Assembly: GCF_046119375.1 (NCBI RefSeq)
Contig: NW_027362764.1
Coordinates: 747,534,001 to 747,598,000, forward strand
From: Phyllobates terribilis
Lineage: Eukaryota
Direction: 5' to 3'
DNA: 64,000 bases
In this document: positions 47,260 to 57,681 of the stretch, piece after piece
Layout of the letters: the number at the start of each line of letters is the position of its first letter
Position numbering within the stretch: the first letter of the stretch is position 1
The notes under the pieces: generated by a model
What the model saw: only the letters and a program-made list of their open reading frames with translations
What the model was told of the DNA's origin: nothing
Database searches by the model: none
Made by a program: the position numbers and the translations under genes

Positions 47260-49089
47260 ATGGAGTTTCCCGCCACTGGGAGACGATTCCCGCCATTTCC
47301 GAAGATTTCCCGCCTTGGGGGAGCGGACGCCATTATGGGCGTGCCAGAGGGTGGCAAGAGGCCACCTCCCATCGTGGGCCAGGTCGAAGAATGGCGCCAA
47401 AAGCGGAAACCGCGCCCACCAACAGAGACTGTGATGCTGGAAGTGTCCATCAGCGTAAGAGAACTGCCCCTGGAACTGAAGTTGCCCCGGGACCACCCTC
47501 GATGTGGGCGGAGACAGAAGAAGAGAACAAAGATGGGTGTCGCCTGGAGCAGTCTGGAGAGAGCGCACCCGGAGACAAGACGTCTGGAAGAGTGTCCAGA
47601 GAGAGCCTACCCGGAGATGGAGGGAGAGCCAGGCAGCACCGACCCAGCGGTCAGGAGCCTGATGCGGGCCGCCACTCCAGGCAGCACCGACCCAGTGGTC
47701 AGGAGCCTGTTGCAGGTCGCCACTCCAGAAGGCCTGCTGGAGATCCTAGCACAGCTCCCCCGAGACCGGGAGTGTGCACAGACCGCGCTGGAGGGCCTCG
47801 CACAGAGGTTGGCCCGGGTGCAACGAGAGACGTTGGCGGAGTGGAGCCGAGAGATGGCCCAGCAGACCGAGACTCGTCAGCGGAGCACGCCGCCAGAGAC
47901 GAGGAGACAGACCGCCTCTGAGGATGGCGCAGGAGGACTGAAGGCCGGAGACGGCGCCGAGAAGGGAGCCGAACGAATGGAGGCAGGTAAAGGGGACGTC
48001 ACTACCCCGAGCCGGGAAACCGCGTGCCTGCCCCAGCTCCCCGTCGCAGAGCCCGAAGTACCCCCTGCCGTGCCCGTCGCTGCAACGTCACCGCCGCAGA
48101 CTAGGCCTCAAACGGAAGCCGCGACCCCTGTGACGTCACACGCCTCGACCCCGAGCGTGGCCAAGCAGGAAGTACCATCGGCCTGGTCGCAAGGCCTAGT
48201 ACCCCCGGGCGCCGCAATACCAACAGCGCCCCCTACCTCCGCGGAGCCCCCGGCCTGGTCGCAGGGCCAAGTAACACGGGGCGCCGCCGTTCTGACGGTG
48301 CCCTTTACTTTCAAGGTGCCCCAGGCCTGGTCGCAAGGCCTGGTTAACCCGGGCGCCGCTACCACCACGGCGCCCATAACACCTAAAGTACCGCACCTGG
48401 GTGAGGACCTGTTCGCCCAGCATACGTGCCCGGATGGGCAGCCCTTCGTATGGCCCCAGGAATACATCCAGCTGGAGCTGCAAAAAGCAAGGGCCATGTG
48501 CGAACCCCTGATCCCGGCTCCAAAGCCCATAAAGAGGATCTCGCCCCCGCTAGAAGAGACCCAGTTTGAGTGGGATCCCACCGGAGAAGACCTCATGGGG
48601 TTCACTCAGGAGACTCGGGCAGCCGCAGCGGAGCGTGCAGAGTGCTGCCGCCAGCAGCTCGAGGTCTTTGAGAGGGAGCGGAGAGAGAGGCGGGTCCGGG
48701 AACAACAAGCCCAAATAAGGAGCGCGGAGCAGAAGAGCCGGACCAGGAGAAACCCCCGTGCAGCGCATGGTCCCCGTACCATCGGGACTGTGATAAAGTT
48801 CAATCTGCAGCATGGGTGGGGTTTCATCAGGGATCACCGCACCCCAGGCGACGTCTTCGTGACCAGGAGAGACGTTGAGTCCCACCTACCGGAGGGACAC
48901 AGAGGTCGTGACCTGTATTTAGGGGACGAGGTCACCTTCACCCGGCACAAGTGTGCCAAAGGACCCTACGCCCTCCATGTGCATCGCCTGACGGAGGAGG
49001 AGCTGCGGTGTGAGGAGGAGCAAGAGGACCCGGACGGGTCTGAAACTGAAACTGTCCACAAAGAAAGAGCAGGAGGACGCCGTCGTTGA
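47260..49089 (+). CDS. LTR-element protein with C-terminal cold-shock domain (609 aa; 584 aa if ATG 47335 is used)
   Basis: Uninterrupted frame; helical/coiled segments, Pro/Ala/Thr-rich repeats, CSD at ~48784-48990, acidic tail. Confidence 0.85.
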   Translation: MEFPATGRRFPPFPKISRLGGADAIMGVPEGGKRPPPIVGQVEEWRQKRKPRPPTETVMLEVSISVRELPLELKLPRDHPRCGRRQKKRTKMGVAWSSLERAHPETRRLEECPERAYPEMEGEPGSTDPAVRSLMRAATPGSTDPVVRSLLQVATPEGLLEILAQLPRDRECAQTALEGLAQRLARVQRETLAEWSREMAQQTETRQRSTPPETRRQTASEDGAGGLKAGDGAEKGAERMEAGKGDVTTPSRETACLPQLPVAEPEVPPAVPVAATSPPQTRPQTEAATPVTSHASTPSVAKQEVPSAWSQGLVPPGAAIPTAPPTSAEPPAWSQGQVTRGAAVLTVPFTFKVPQAWSQGLVNPGAATTTAPITPKVPHLGEDLFAQHTCPDGQPFVWPQEYIQLELQKARAMCEPLIPAPKPIKRISPPLEETQFEWDPTGEDLMGFTQETRAAAAERAECCRQQLEVFERERRERRVREQQAQIRSAEQKSRTRRNPRAAHGPRTIGTVIKFNLQHGWGFIRDHRTPGDVFVTRRDVESHLPEGHRGRDLYLGDEVTFTRHKCAKGPYALHVHRLTEEELRCEEEQEDPDGSETETVHKERAGGRRR

Positions 49090-52000
49090 GTACGGTAGAG
49101 AAGAGACTGTACATAGTTACCCGTCAGGGTATAAGAACTGTTACTGCTGCTAGTTAAAATATAGTCCCCGTTGGGACCAGCAAATTGAACTGTTAATCCC
49201 GTGTGTCCCTATTCCCACTGACCGAGGACTGAGAGCGGTCAATCCTCCCTAATACCTGGCCGAGGACTGAGAGCGGCCATATCCCCTTGTATATAGTTGC
49301 GCTTCCTAAAGCGCCCCCTACCGGTTTTATAGGAAACTGTTTTATTCCAAGAGAGACTGTCGCACTTTACCCGGTCACAAGTTGCACCGTGACCGGAGGA
49401 ACCAGAAACAAGAATGTTTATATGAAAAGTTTATTGCTGCTGATGATGTTTTATAAGTTTTATATGTTTATGTTTATGAAAAAAAAAAATTGTATGTTTT
49501 GGATGTTATTGTTTATATCTTACAGCCCGAGGACGTGCTGTGATTTACCAGGGGGGAATGTAGCACCCTGAGGATTCGGCTGCTACAGGGGTATTGCACC
49601 TCAACCCAGAGGTGTGATATTCCACTCCCGGGTAAGGATGGAGTGTGGAACTGAGCTCAGTTAGCTGCATGCACTACACACATCCCATTTCCGAGGAACA
49701 GACCGATGGTACTCCCACTAGAGAAATGTGCAGGTACAACAGTGTCTGTTCCTGGCTGGAGTGGGAGGGGGGTGGAACATCCCAGTAGTGTAGGGGCAGA
49801 TAGGGGGAGCAGCCTGGGTAAAGCTAGGAGCTCATTGGGTGCTGGTCACCTGAGCTCACACATAGAGGGAGTATATAAGGTGGGCACCATCTTAGATCAG
49901 GGTCAGTCAGTGAGACATCAGTCTTTGCAGAGGAGTCTTTTGTAGAAGGCTGGTCAGTCTGTCAGTCTTTTACAGAGCAGTGGAGGAAAGCAGAGGAGCA
50001 GAGCAGCCCCAAGGCCAAGAGTGAGAGAGGAGTTTGAAAGACCCAGAGGGGGAGAAAGAAGGAACTCCAAGAGCCCAAATTAGACCAGAGGGTGAAGAGT
50101 TGGCAACAGGGTACCGGATCCCAAGCTGGCAGAGGCTACAGCACACCTTAGCCAGGAACCGGAGGTCGTGGGCAGGATTGATCTGCCACGATCACCCACT
50201 AAATCCACCCGGAAGGCAGACCACGAATAGGGTCAGGGAACCCAGAGACAAGGGTTTACCACCAAGAGGCCCGAGGGAGCCGGACATAGGTGGATCCCTG
50301 GTGGGGAAGGCCAGAGAAGAGGACAGGACAGAAAGGGAGCTCAGAACCACGCTCCAGAACTACTTGGGGGTTGGCCGAGTCCAGGACCTGGTGGACGCAG
50401 CGCGGCTCGGGTGGTCACTCAAGGCCGGAGTGACCGGTACAAGAACAGCAGTAAGTAAACAAACCCTGAACTGCACAGCCCGACTCTGACTCTCATTACC
50501 ATCCTCACTGCACCTCCACAACCACCATCCTCTGCACCTGACCCCCTGAGGCTATACCCCTCCCGTTGGGGGTTATACTACCTGGGCTGCACAAACACCA
50601 TCAGCCTCAGCGGACCCTGCTGCAGCGGCGGCCGTAGTGACCGCAATTCAACGGGTGGCGTAGTCGACATAAAGAACTTTAGTAACATCAGTAAGGACTG
50701 CCACACACTGAGCTTGACACCCTGGGCACGGACCGGGTCACAGCCACTCGGAGACTACAACCCCCATCTGATCCGGCTCCGGGTATCCCCAACAACACTG
50801 GCCCAGGGGGCGCGTCACATATATTTTCCCCTATCCCCATTGTTCTCATTTTATGTATCAACCTTTTGTGTGGAACCGTATCAAAAGCTTTTGAAAAGTC
50901 CATATACACAACATCCACTGCATTTCCTAGGCCCAGTCCCGAACTTGCCTCCTCATAAAAACTGATCAGATTAGTTTGACAGGAACGGTCCCTCGTAAAC
51001 CCATGTTGATATTGGGTCATGAGGTTATTCTTCTTCAGATACTCTAGTATAGCATCTCTTAGGAAACCCTCCAGGATTTTACCCACAGTAGAGGTTAAGC
51101 TTACCGGCCTATAATTTCCAAGTTCAGTTTTTGTCCCCTTTTTGAATATTGGCACCACATTTGCTATACGCCAGTCCTGTGGTACAGACCCTGTTATTAT
51201 GGAATCTTTAAAGATTAAAAATAATGGTCTATCTATAATGTTACTTAATTCCTGCAGTACTTGCAGGTGTACCCCATCTGGGCCTGGGGATTTGTCAACT
51301 TTAGTGATTTTTAGACGCCGCCGTACTTCCAGCTGGGTTAAGCAAGTGACATTTAATGGAGAATTTTTGTTATCACTAATCATGTTTTCTGTCATGCGAT
51401 TTTCTTGTGTAAATACGGTTGAAAAAAAATCATTTAGCATATTGGCTTTTTCCTCATCCTCATCCACCATTTCACCCAGACTATTTTTAAGGGGGCCAAC
51501 ACTATCATTTTTTAGTTTTTTACTAATTATGTAGTTAAAGAATATTTTGGGGTTATTTTTACTTTCTCTGGCAATGATTCTCTCTGCCTCAATCTTTGCT
51601 GCCTTGATTTGTTTTTTACATACTTTATTTAATTTTCTATATTTATTTAATGCCTCATCACTACCTATTTGCTTTAGTTCTATAAATGCTTTCTTTTTGT
51701 CACTTATTGCGCCCCTTACAGCTCTATTTATCCATAGTGGTTTCCTCCTATTTCTAGCATGTTTATTCCCAAAGGGTATATATTGTGCACAGGTCCTATT
51801 CAGGATGTTAATAAATGTCTCCCATTTGCTTTGTGTAGCTTTATGTCTCAGGATATTGTCCCAGTTTATTGCACTAAGATCATCTCTCAACCGTTGGAAA
51901 TTAGCCTTCCTGAAGTTTAGTGTCCTTGTAACCCCTCTACTACACATCTTAGTAAAGGTTACATGAAAACGTATTATTTTGTGATCACTATTACCCAAGT

Positions 52001-52965
52001 GACCATCAACTCGTATATTTGATATGCGGTCTGGCCAATTGGTTAATATTAGGTCTAGCAGTGCCCCCCTTCTTGTTGGGTCCTGAACCAGTTGTGAAAG
52101 GTAATTGTCTCTCATAGTTGTCAAAAACCTATTACCTTTGCTTGAACTACATGTTTCTGTCCCCCAATGTATTTCAGGGTAGTTGAAGTCTCCCATAATA
52201 ATGACTTCTCCTTGAGTCGCTGCTTCATCTATTTGCTTTACGAGGATATTCTCCGCTACTTCCATTATTTTTGGAGACTTGTAACAAACCCCTATCAGTA
52301 ATTTATATTTTTTTCCCCCTCCCCTTATCTCCGTCCACAGGGACTCTACATTTTCATTAAATTCACATATATCCTCCCGCAAGACAGGTTTTAAGGATGA
52401 TTTTTCATATAAACACACCCCCCTCCCTCGCTTGTTTGTACGGTCATTTCTGAACAGACTATAGCCCTGTAAATTAACTGCCCAGTCATGGCTCACGTCC
52501 AGCCATGTCTCAGATATCCCCACCATGTCATAATTATTTTACAACAAAATTAATTCGAATTCCTCCATTTTGTTGGTGAGGCTTCTGGCATTAGTGTACA
52601 TGCATTTTATGTATCTCTCTGTACCTCTATTCCTTCTTACTTTATTGACTGTTCTAACCCCACCCCCAATTTCTTTATTTGTGCCCAGGTCACTATCTGC
52701 ACTATCTTCCCCACCTATAAAATGAATACCCCCCCCCCAAATCCCTAGTTTAAACACTCCTCCAACCTTCTAGCCATTTTCTCCCCCAGCACAGCTGCAC
52801 CCTCCCCATTAAGGTGCAGCCGGTCCCTAGCGTAGAGTCTGTAGCCAACTGAGAAGTCGGCCCAGTTCTCCAGGAACCCAAAATCCCTCCTTCCTACACC
52901 AGCTCTTGAGCCACTTATTTATCTCCCTAATCTCCCGTTGCCTCTCTGGCGTGGCACGTGGTACC

Positions 52966-52998
<33 letters not shown>

Positions 52999-53581
52999 CT
53001 TGCTTTCAGCTTGCAGCCTAATTCCCTGAAATCATCTTTAAGGACCACCCACCTACCTTTAACTTTGTCATTTGTGCCAATGTGCACCATGACCGCTGGG
53101 TCCTCATCAGCCCCTCCCAGTAATCTGTCAACCCGATCAGCGATATGCCGGACTCGAGCTGTTAGAACCTTGCTCTTAGGTTTTTTCCTTTGCTGGTCAC
53201 ATGACCTTGTTGGCCTATTTAATCCTGCTCCGCCCTTCTGGCTTTGCTGGACTTCATTGTATAACTACTTTCTAGCTAGCCTGTGCTCTGTATCTAACTC
53301 TGTTAGTTTGCTTGGTCTACGGACCTCTATGTTCTATATATTTTGTTTGTTCGTCTGTCTGCTACTATTTCTGTTAGGAGGTGTCCCATTTTCCTCCCAG
53401 TCCTTAGTACTTGTAGGGATTCCTTCCCCACATCTATAGGTCTCCGTACAGACTAGCTTAGGACTTTAGCAGGTCTGATCGCAGGATCAGGTTCCCTGTT
53501 ACATCGTAGGGATTCAGCTGAGTTCTATCGTAGGGACAGATCTCCTCTCTTTCCTTAGCTCTGGTAGCAGAACATAACAGT

Positions 53582-53590
53582 AAGTCCAGC
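53582..53590 (+). promoter_or_regulatory. Putative self-priming PBS
   Basis: No TGG-type tRNA PBS. AAGTCCAGC is complementary to GCTGGACTT at 53246-53254, 30 nt after TATTTAA (53216). Confidence 0.65.
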
Positions 53591-53627
53591 CTGCAAATTC
53601 TCTAAGGAAAGATTTTTCTGTTCCATC

Positions 53628-54503
53628 ATGGTGTCGGTTCAGGATTTGGCTCATCGCCTGCAGGGACTCTCTCTGGAGGTGGCCGAGCTCCGTCAGCACG
53701 TGAGTAACTGTCCTGGAGCACATTTCTTGGAGCCTAAGGTATGTTTGCCGGATTTATTTTTTGGTGAACACCGAGAATTTTTTTCATTTAAAAATGCTTG
53801 CTTATTGTATTTTCGTTTGAGACCCAAGTCCTCTGGGGATGAATCCCAGCGCATAGGGTTCATAATGTCACTTTTGCGCAAAGAGCCTCAGGAGTGGGTC
53901 TTTTCTTTGCAACCTAGTGATACATGCTTCAGATCAGTGGATAGTTTTTTTTTCTGCTTTGGGACTATTATATGATGATCCTGACCGTGTCGCATCAGCT
54001 GAGACTGAGTTGAGACGTTTGAAACAGGGATCAGGTAATGTGGAAAAATATTGTACTCATTTCCGTCGATGGTCTACTCAAACAGGGTGGAACGATTCTG
54101 CTCTGAAAAGTCTATTTCTTGCTGGGCTCAATGAAAGGGTTAAAGACCTGCTAATTGCTTATCCTACACCTGAAGATTTGCAACAGGCTATGCAATTAGC
54201 TATACGGGTGGATAGGAGACTGCGTGCAAGGGTTAATGAGAGCAAATCCTCTGCTATGTCAGTTTCTGGTTATGAGAATGTGGTGAACCGATGGAGATTG
54301 GATCGGTGGCACCTCGCTCTCAAGAAAAAGACCGTCGATTTTCTGAAGGCTTGTGTTTCTATTGCGGAAAATCTGGTCATTTGATTAAAGGCTGTGAGCT
54401 TCGTATGAAGAAAGAAAAAAAAATGGTCAGTCATGCCCGTATTGCCTGTTTAAATTCCAAGGGTGTATTCTTAGCTGCTTCCACGATTGCTCAGGAAAAA
54501 TGA
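53628..54503 (+). pseudogene. Chromovirus gag with CCHC knuckle, frameshifted
   Basis: Retrotransposon gag core (LKQG..VEKY..F) and CFYCGKSGHLIKGC, spread over three frames. Confidence 0.85.
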
Positions 54504-57500
54504 ATGGAATTTCGGGTGTTTGTTGATTGTGGGTCTACTCTGAATGTAATTGATGGGGGATTCTTGGAAAGACTCAATTTAAAACCCGAACCTTTATCAT
54601 CCCCCATTGCTGTGGTTTCTGTGGATGGTTCCCCTTTGAAGAATATTACTCTCAAGGTCTGTGAATTTCCTCTCACTATTAATGGTGTTCACCATGAGAA
54701 ATTGGATTTGGTAGTTTTGAATAACTTGCCTTCTTCAGTAATATTGGGATTGCCCTGGTTAAAATTTCACAATCCTGTACTGGATTGGTCTACCAGTGAA
54801 ATTAAATCCTGGAGCCATAAATGTTATGACAAGTGTTGTAACGGGCGTATTGCAGCTGTGGATAGGGGAGAATTGCCTGTTCCTATTCAGGATTTTTGGA
54901 GAGTTTTTTCTGAGAAGGAATCGCAGGTTTTGCCTCCCCATAGAGACTATGATTGTTCTATTGAATTTGTCCCTGGAGCGACTCTTCCTAAAAGTCGTTT
55001 ATTTAACCTTACTATTCCTGAGAGGAAGGCTTTGGAGGAATACATACAGACAAGTTTGGCCGCCGGTCACATTAGGCCCTCTAAGTCTCCTGTGGCGGTT
55101 GGATTTTTTTTTGTAAAAAAAAAGGACGGCGGTTTACGTCCTTGTCTGGATTTTTGTGAGATTAACAAAATTACTGTACGCAATCCTTACCCACTGCCAT
55201 TGATTCCTGATCTGTTTAACCAGTTAATGGGGGCCAAGTGGTTCTCTAAAATTGACCTTAAGGGGGCATACAATCTGTTGCGCATGAAGGAGGGTGACGA
55301 ATGGAAGACTGCTTTTAACACTCCTGTGGGTCATTTTGAGAACCTGGTTATGCCTTTTGGTCTTACTAATGCTCCTGCATTTTTTCAGAATCTTATTAAT
55401 GACATCCTTAGACCTTTGATCGGCAAAAATGTGGTTGTGTATTTGGATGACATTTTGATTTATTCGCCGGATCTGGAGTCTCATTGGCGGAGCGTACGTG
55501 AGGTATTACAGTTATTAATGGACAATTCGCTTTTTGCTAAGCTGGAGAAATGTGAGTTCGCTGTACAGAGAATTAGTTTTTTGGGTTACATTAATTCCAG
55601 CGAAGGTTTTGAGATGGACCCGGTTAAAGTTCAAGCTGTACAGGAATGGCCTAGGCCTATTGGTTTGAAATCGATACAGAGGTTTTTGGGTTTCGCCAAT
55701 TATTACAGAAAATTCATAAAAAAAATTTCTAGTATTGTCAAACCTCTGACCGATCTCACCAGGAAAGGTGCTGATGCGGTTCAGTGGTCTTCTGAGGCCA
55801 TTGAAGCTTTTGTGTATCTCAAGGAGAGGTTCACCTCTGCTCCCATCCTTATGCAGCCTGATGTGACTAAGCCGTTTTTGGTTGAGGTTGATGCTTCCTC
55901 TGTGGGGGTTGGCGCAGTATTGTCTCAGGATAACGGGGATGGATTACATCCCTGTGCCTTTTTTTCAAAAAAATTTTCGGAGACTGAACTGAATTACGAT
56001 ATTGGTAATCGGGAATTATTGGCTATTAAACTCGCATTTGAACACTGGCGCCACTTCTTGGAAGGTGCGGAATTTCCCGTTCAGGTTCTTACGGATCATA
56101 AAAATCTGATATATCTTGATGCTGCCAAGCGCCTGAATGCCCGTCAGGCTAGGTGGGCACTGTTTTTCTCGCGGTTTAATTTCTCCGTTACTTACATCCC
56201 TGGTACTAAGAATGTTAAGGCGGATGCCTTGTCTCGCAGTTTTTCTCCCATAGTCGGTGCTGAGAAAGAGGAGAACATTTTACAAGAAGGTGTTGTGATA
56301 GCTGCTTTGGACTCCGTTTTGGAAGATGAGATTCTTAAAGCACAGGAGAATGCCCCATCTAACACTCCTCATGGGAGGTTGTTTGTGCCTGGGACCTTTA
56401 GGAGAGATTTGTTGTTGAGTGTCACGAATCTCGGTTGGCAGGTCATCCCGGAATCTCTGAGACCAAGAGACTGGTGGGTCGCAGTTTTTGGTGGCCTGGA
56501 TGGCAGAAGGAAGTCATTAAGTGGGTGCGTCAATGTACTATATGTGCTAGATCTAAGTCCTCACATACTCCTGCTGCGGGGTTGCTTTGTCCTTTGGAGG
56601 TTCCCAGTGCTCCTTGGACACATTTGGCTATGGACTTTATAACTGACCTTCCCCCCTCTGAGGGTTTTACTGTCATCTGGGTGGTCGTGGACCGTTTTAG
56701 CAAGATGTGTCACTTGGTTCCCTTCGTCAAACTGCCCTGCGCTAAAACTCTCGCTAAGGCCTTTGTCAAGGAAATTGTCAGACTTCATGGCGTTCCTACT
56801 GACATTGTTTCTGATAGGGGTCCTCAGTTCGTGGCTCGTTTTTGGCGTGCCTTTTGTGACAGGTTGGGAGTTCATTTGTCGTTCTCGTCCGGATATCATC
56901 ATGAATCTAATGGCCAGACAGAAAGGAAAAACCAGGATGTTGAGCAGTTCTTGCGTTGTTTTGTGGCAGACAATCAAGAGGGGTGGTCTGAGTTTCTGCC
57001 ACTTGCTGAATTTGCTCTGAACAATCATACATCTTCTTCTGCTGGTTGTTCGCCTTTTTTTTGTTGTTCTGGGAGACATCCGTCGTTTGGGTCGTTCTCC
57101 AAGTTGGGATCTGCCGTGCCTGAGGAGGAGAATTTTTCCGGTGATTTGGAGAGAGTTTGGACGGATGTGCGTGGTAATCTTCAGGAGGCCAACAGAAAAT
57201 CTAAAGACTACTTTGATAGGAAACGACAGGAGGTTTTGTTCGCTGTTGGTGACATGGTCTGGTTGTCCTCTAGGAATCTACGGTTGAGGATTCCTTCTAT
57301 GAAATTGGGTCCCAAGTTTGTAAGGCCCTTTAAGGTGCTTCAGGTTGTCAACCAATCCGCTGTTAGGTTGGAGGTTCCTACCTCCTGGAGAATTAATCCG
57401 GTATTTCATGTCTCTCTGTTAAAAAAGCTGTTGTGTTGGATGGTGACGCCTCTGCCTCTGTTCCTCCGGTGGTGGAGGACGGGGAATATGAAATTTCTCG

Positions 57501-57681
57501 CATCCTTAACTCTAGACGGTATAGAGGTAGTTTGCAGTATCTTGTGGCCTGGAAAGGTTTCGGACCCGAGGATAACTCTTGGGTGAGGTCAGATGATGTT
57601 TCCGCGTCCAGACTTATCAGAGCGTTTCACAGGAGATTTCCTGATAAGCCTGGTCCTAGGGGATCCGGAGGATCCTCTTAG
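54504..57681 (+). pseudogene. Chromovirus pol (PR-RT-RH-IN-chromodomain), two frameshifts
   Basis: FVDCGS, YLDDIL, VDASSVG, GHPG..C..C, MDFIT, SDRG, GQTER, and chromodomain EYEISRIL...YLVAWKGFGPEDNSW. Confidence 0.9.

Larger units (their letters stand above)
45820..50817 (+). mobile_element. Complete CSD-encoding non-autonomous LTR element (4998 bp)
   Basis: LTRs 45820-47078 and 49559-50817 (1259 bp each, 3 differences noticed), TSD CATA, PBS, PPT 49550-49558; no RT, integrase or protease motifs. Confidence 0.93.
44814..52601 (-). pseudogene. CR1 ORF2 (endonuclease-reverse transcriptase), disrupted
   Basis: MYTNARSL, GISETW, MGDFN, SDH, MDFSKAFD, PQGS.LGP, LFADGT. Lesions: stop at 52539-52541, LTR element at 45820-50817, 5-bp insertion at 45564-45570. 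Confidence 0.9.
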
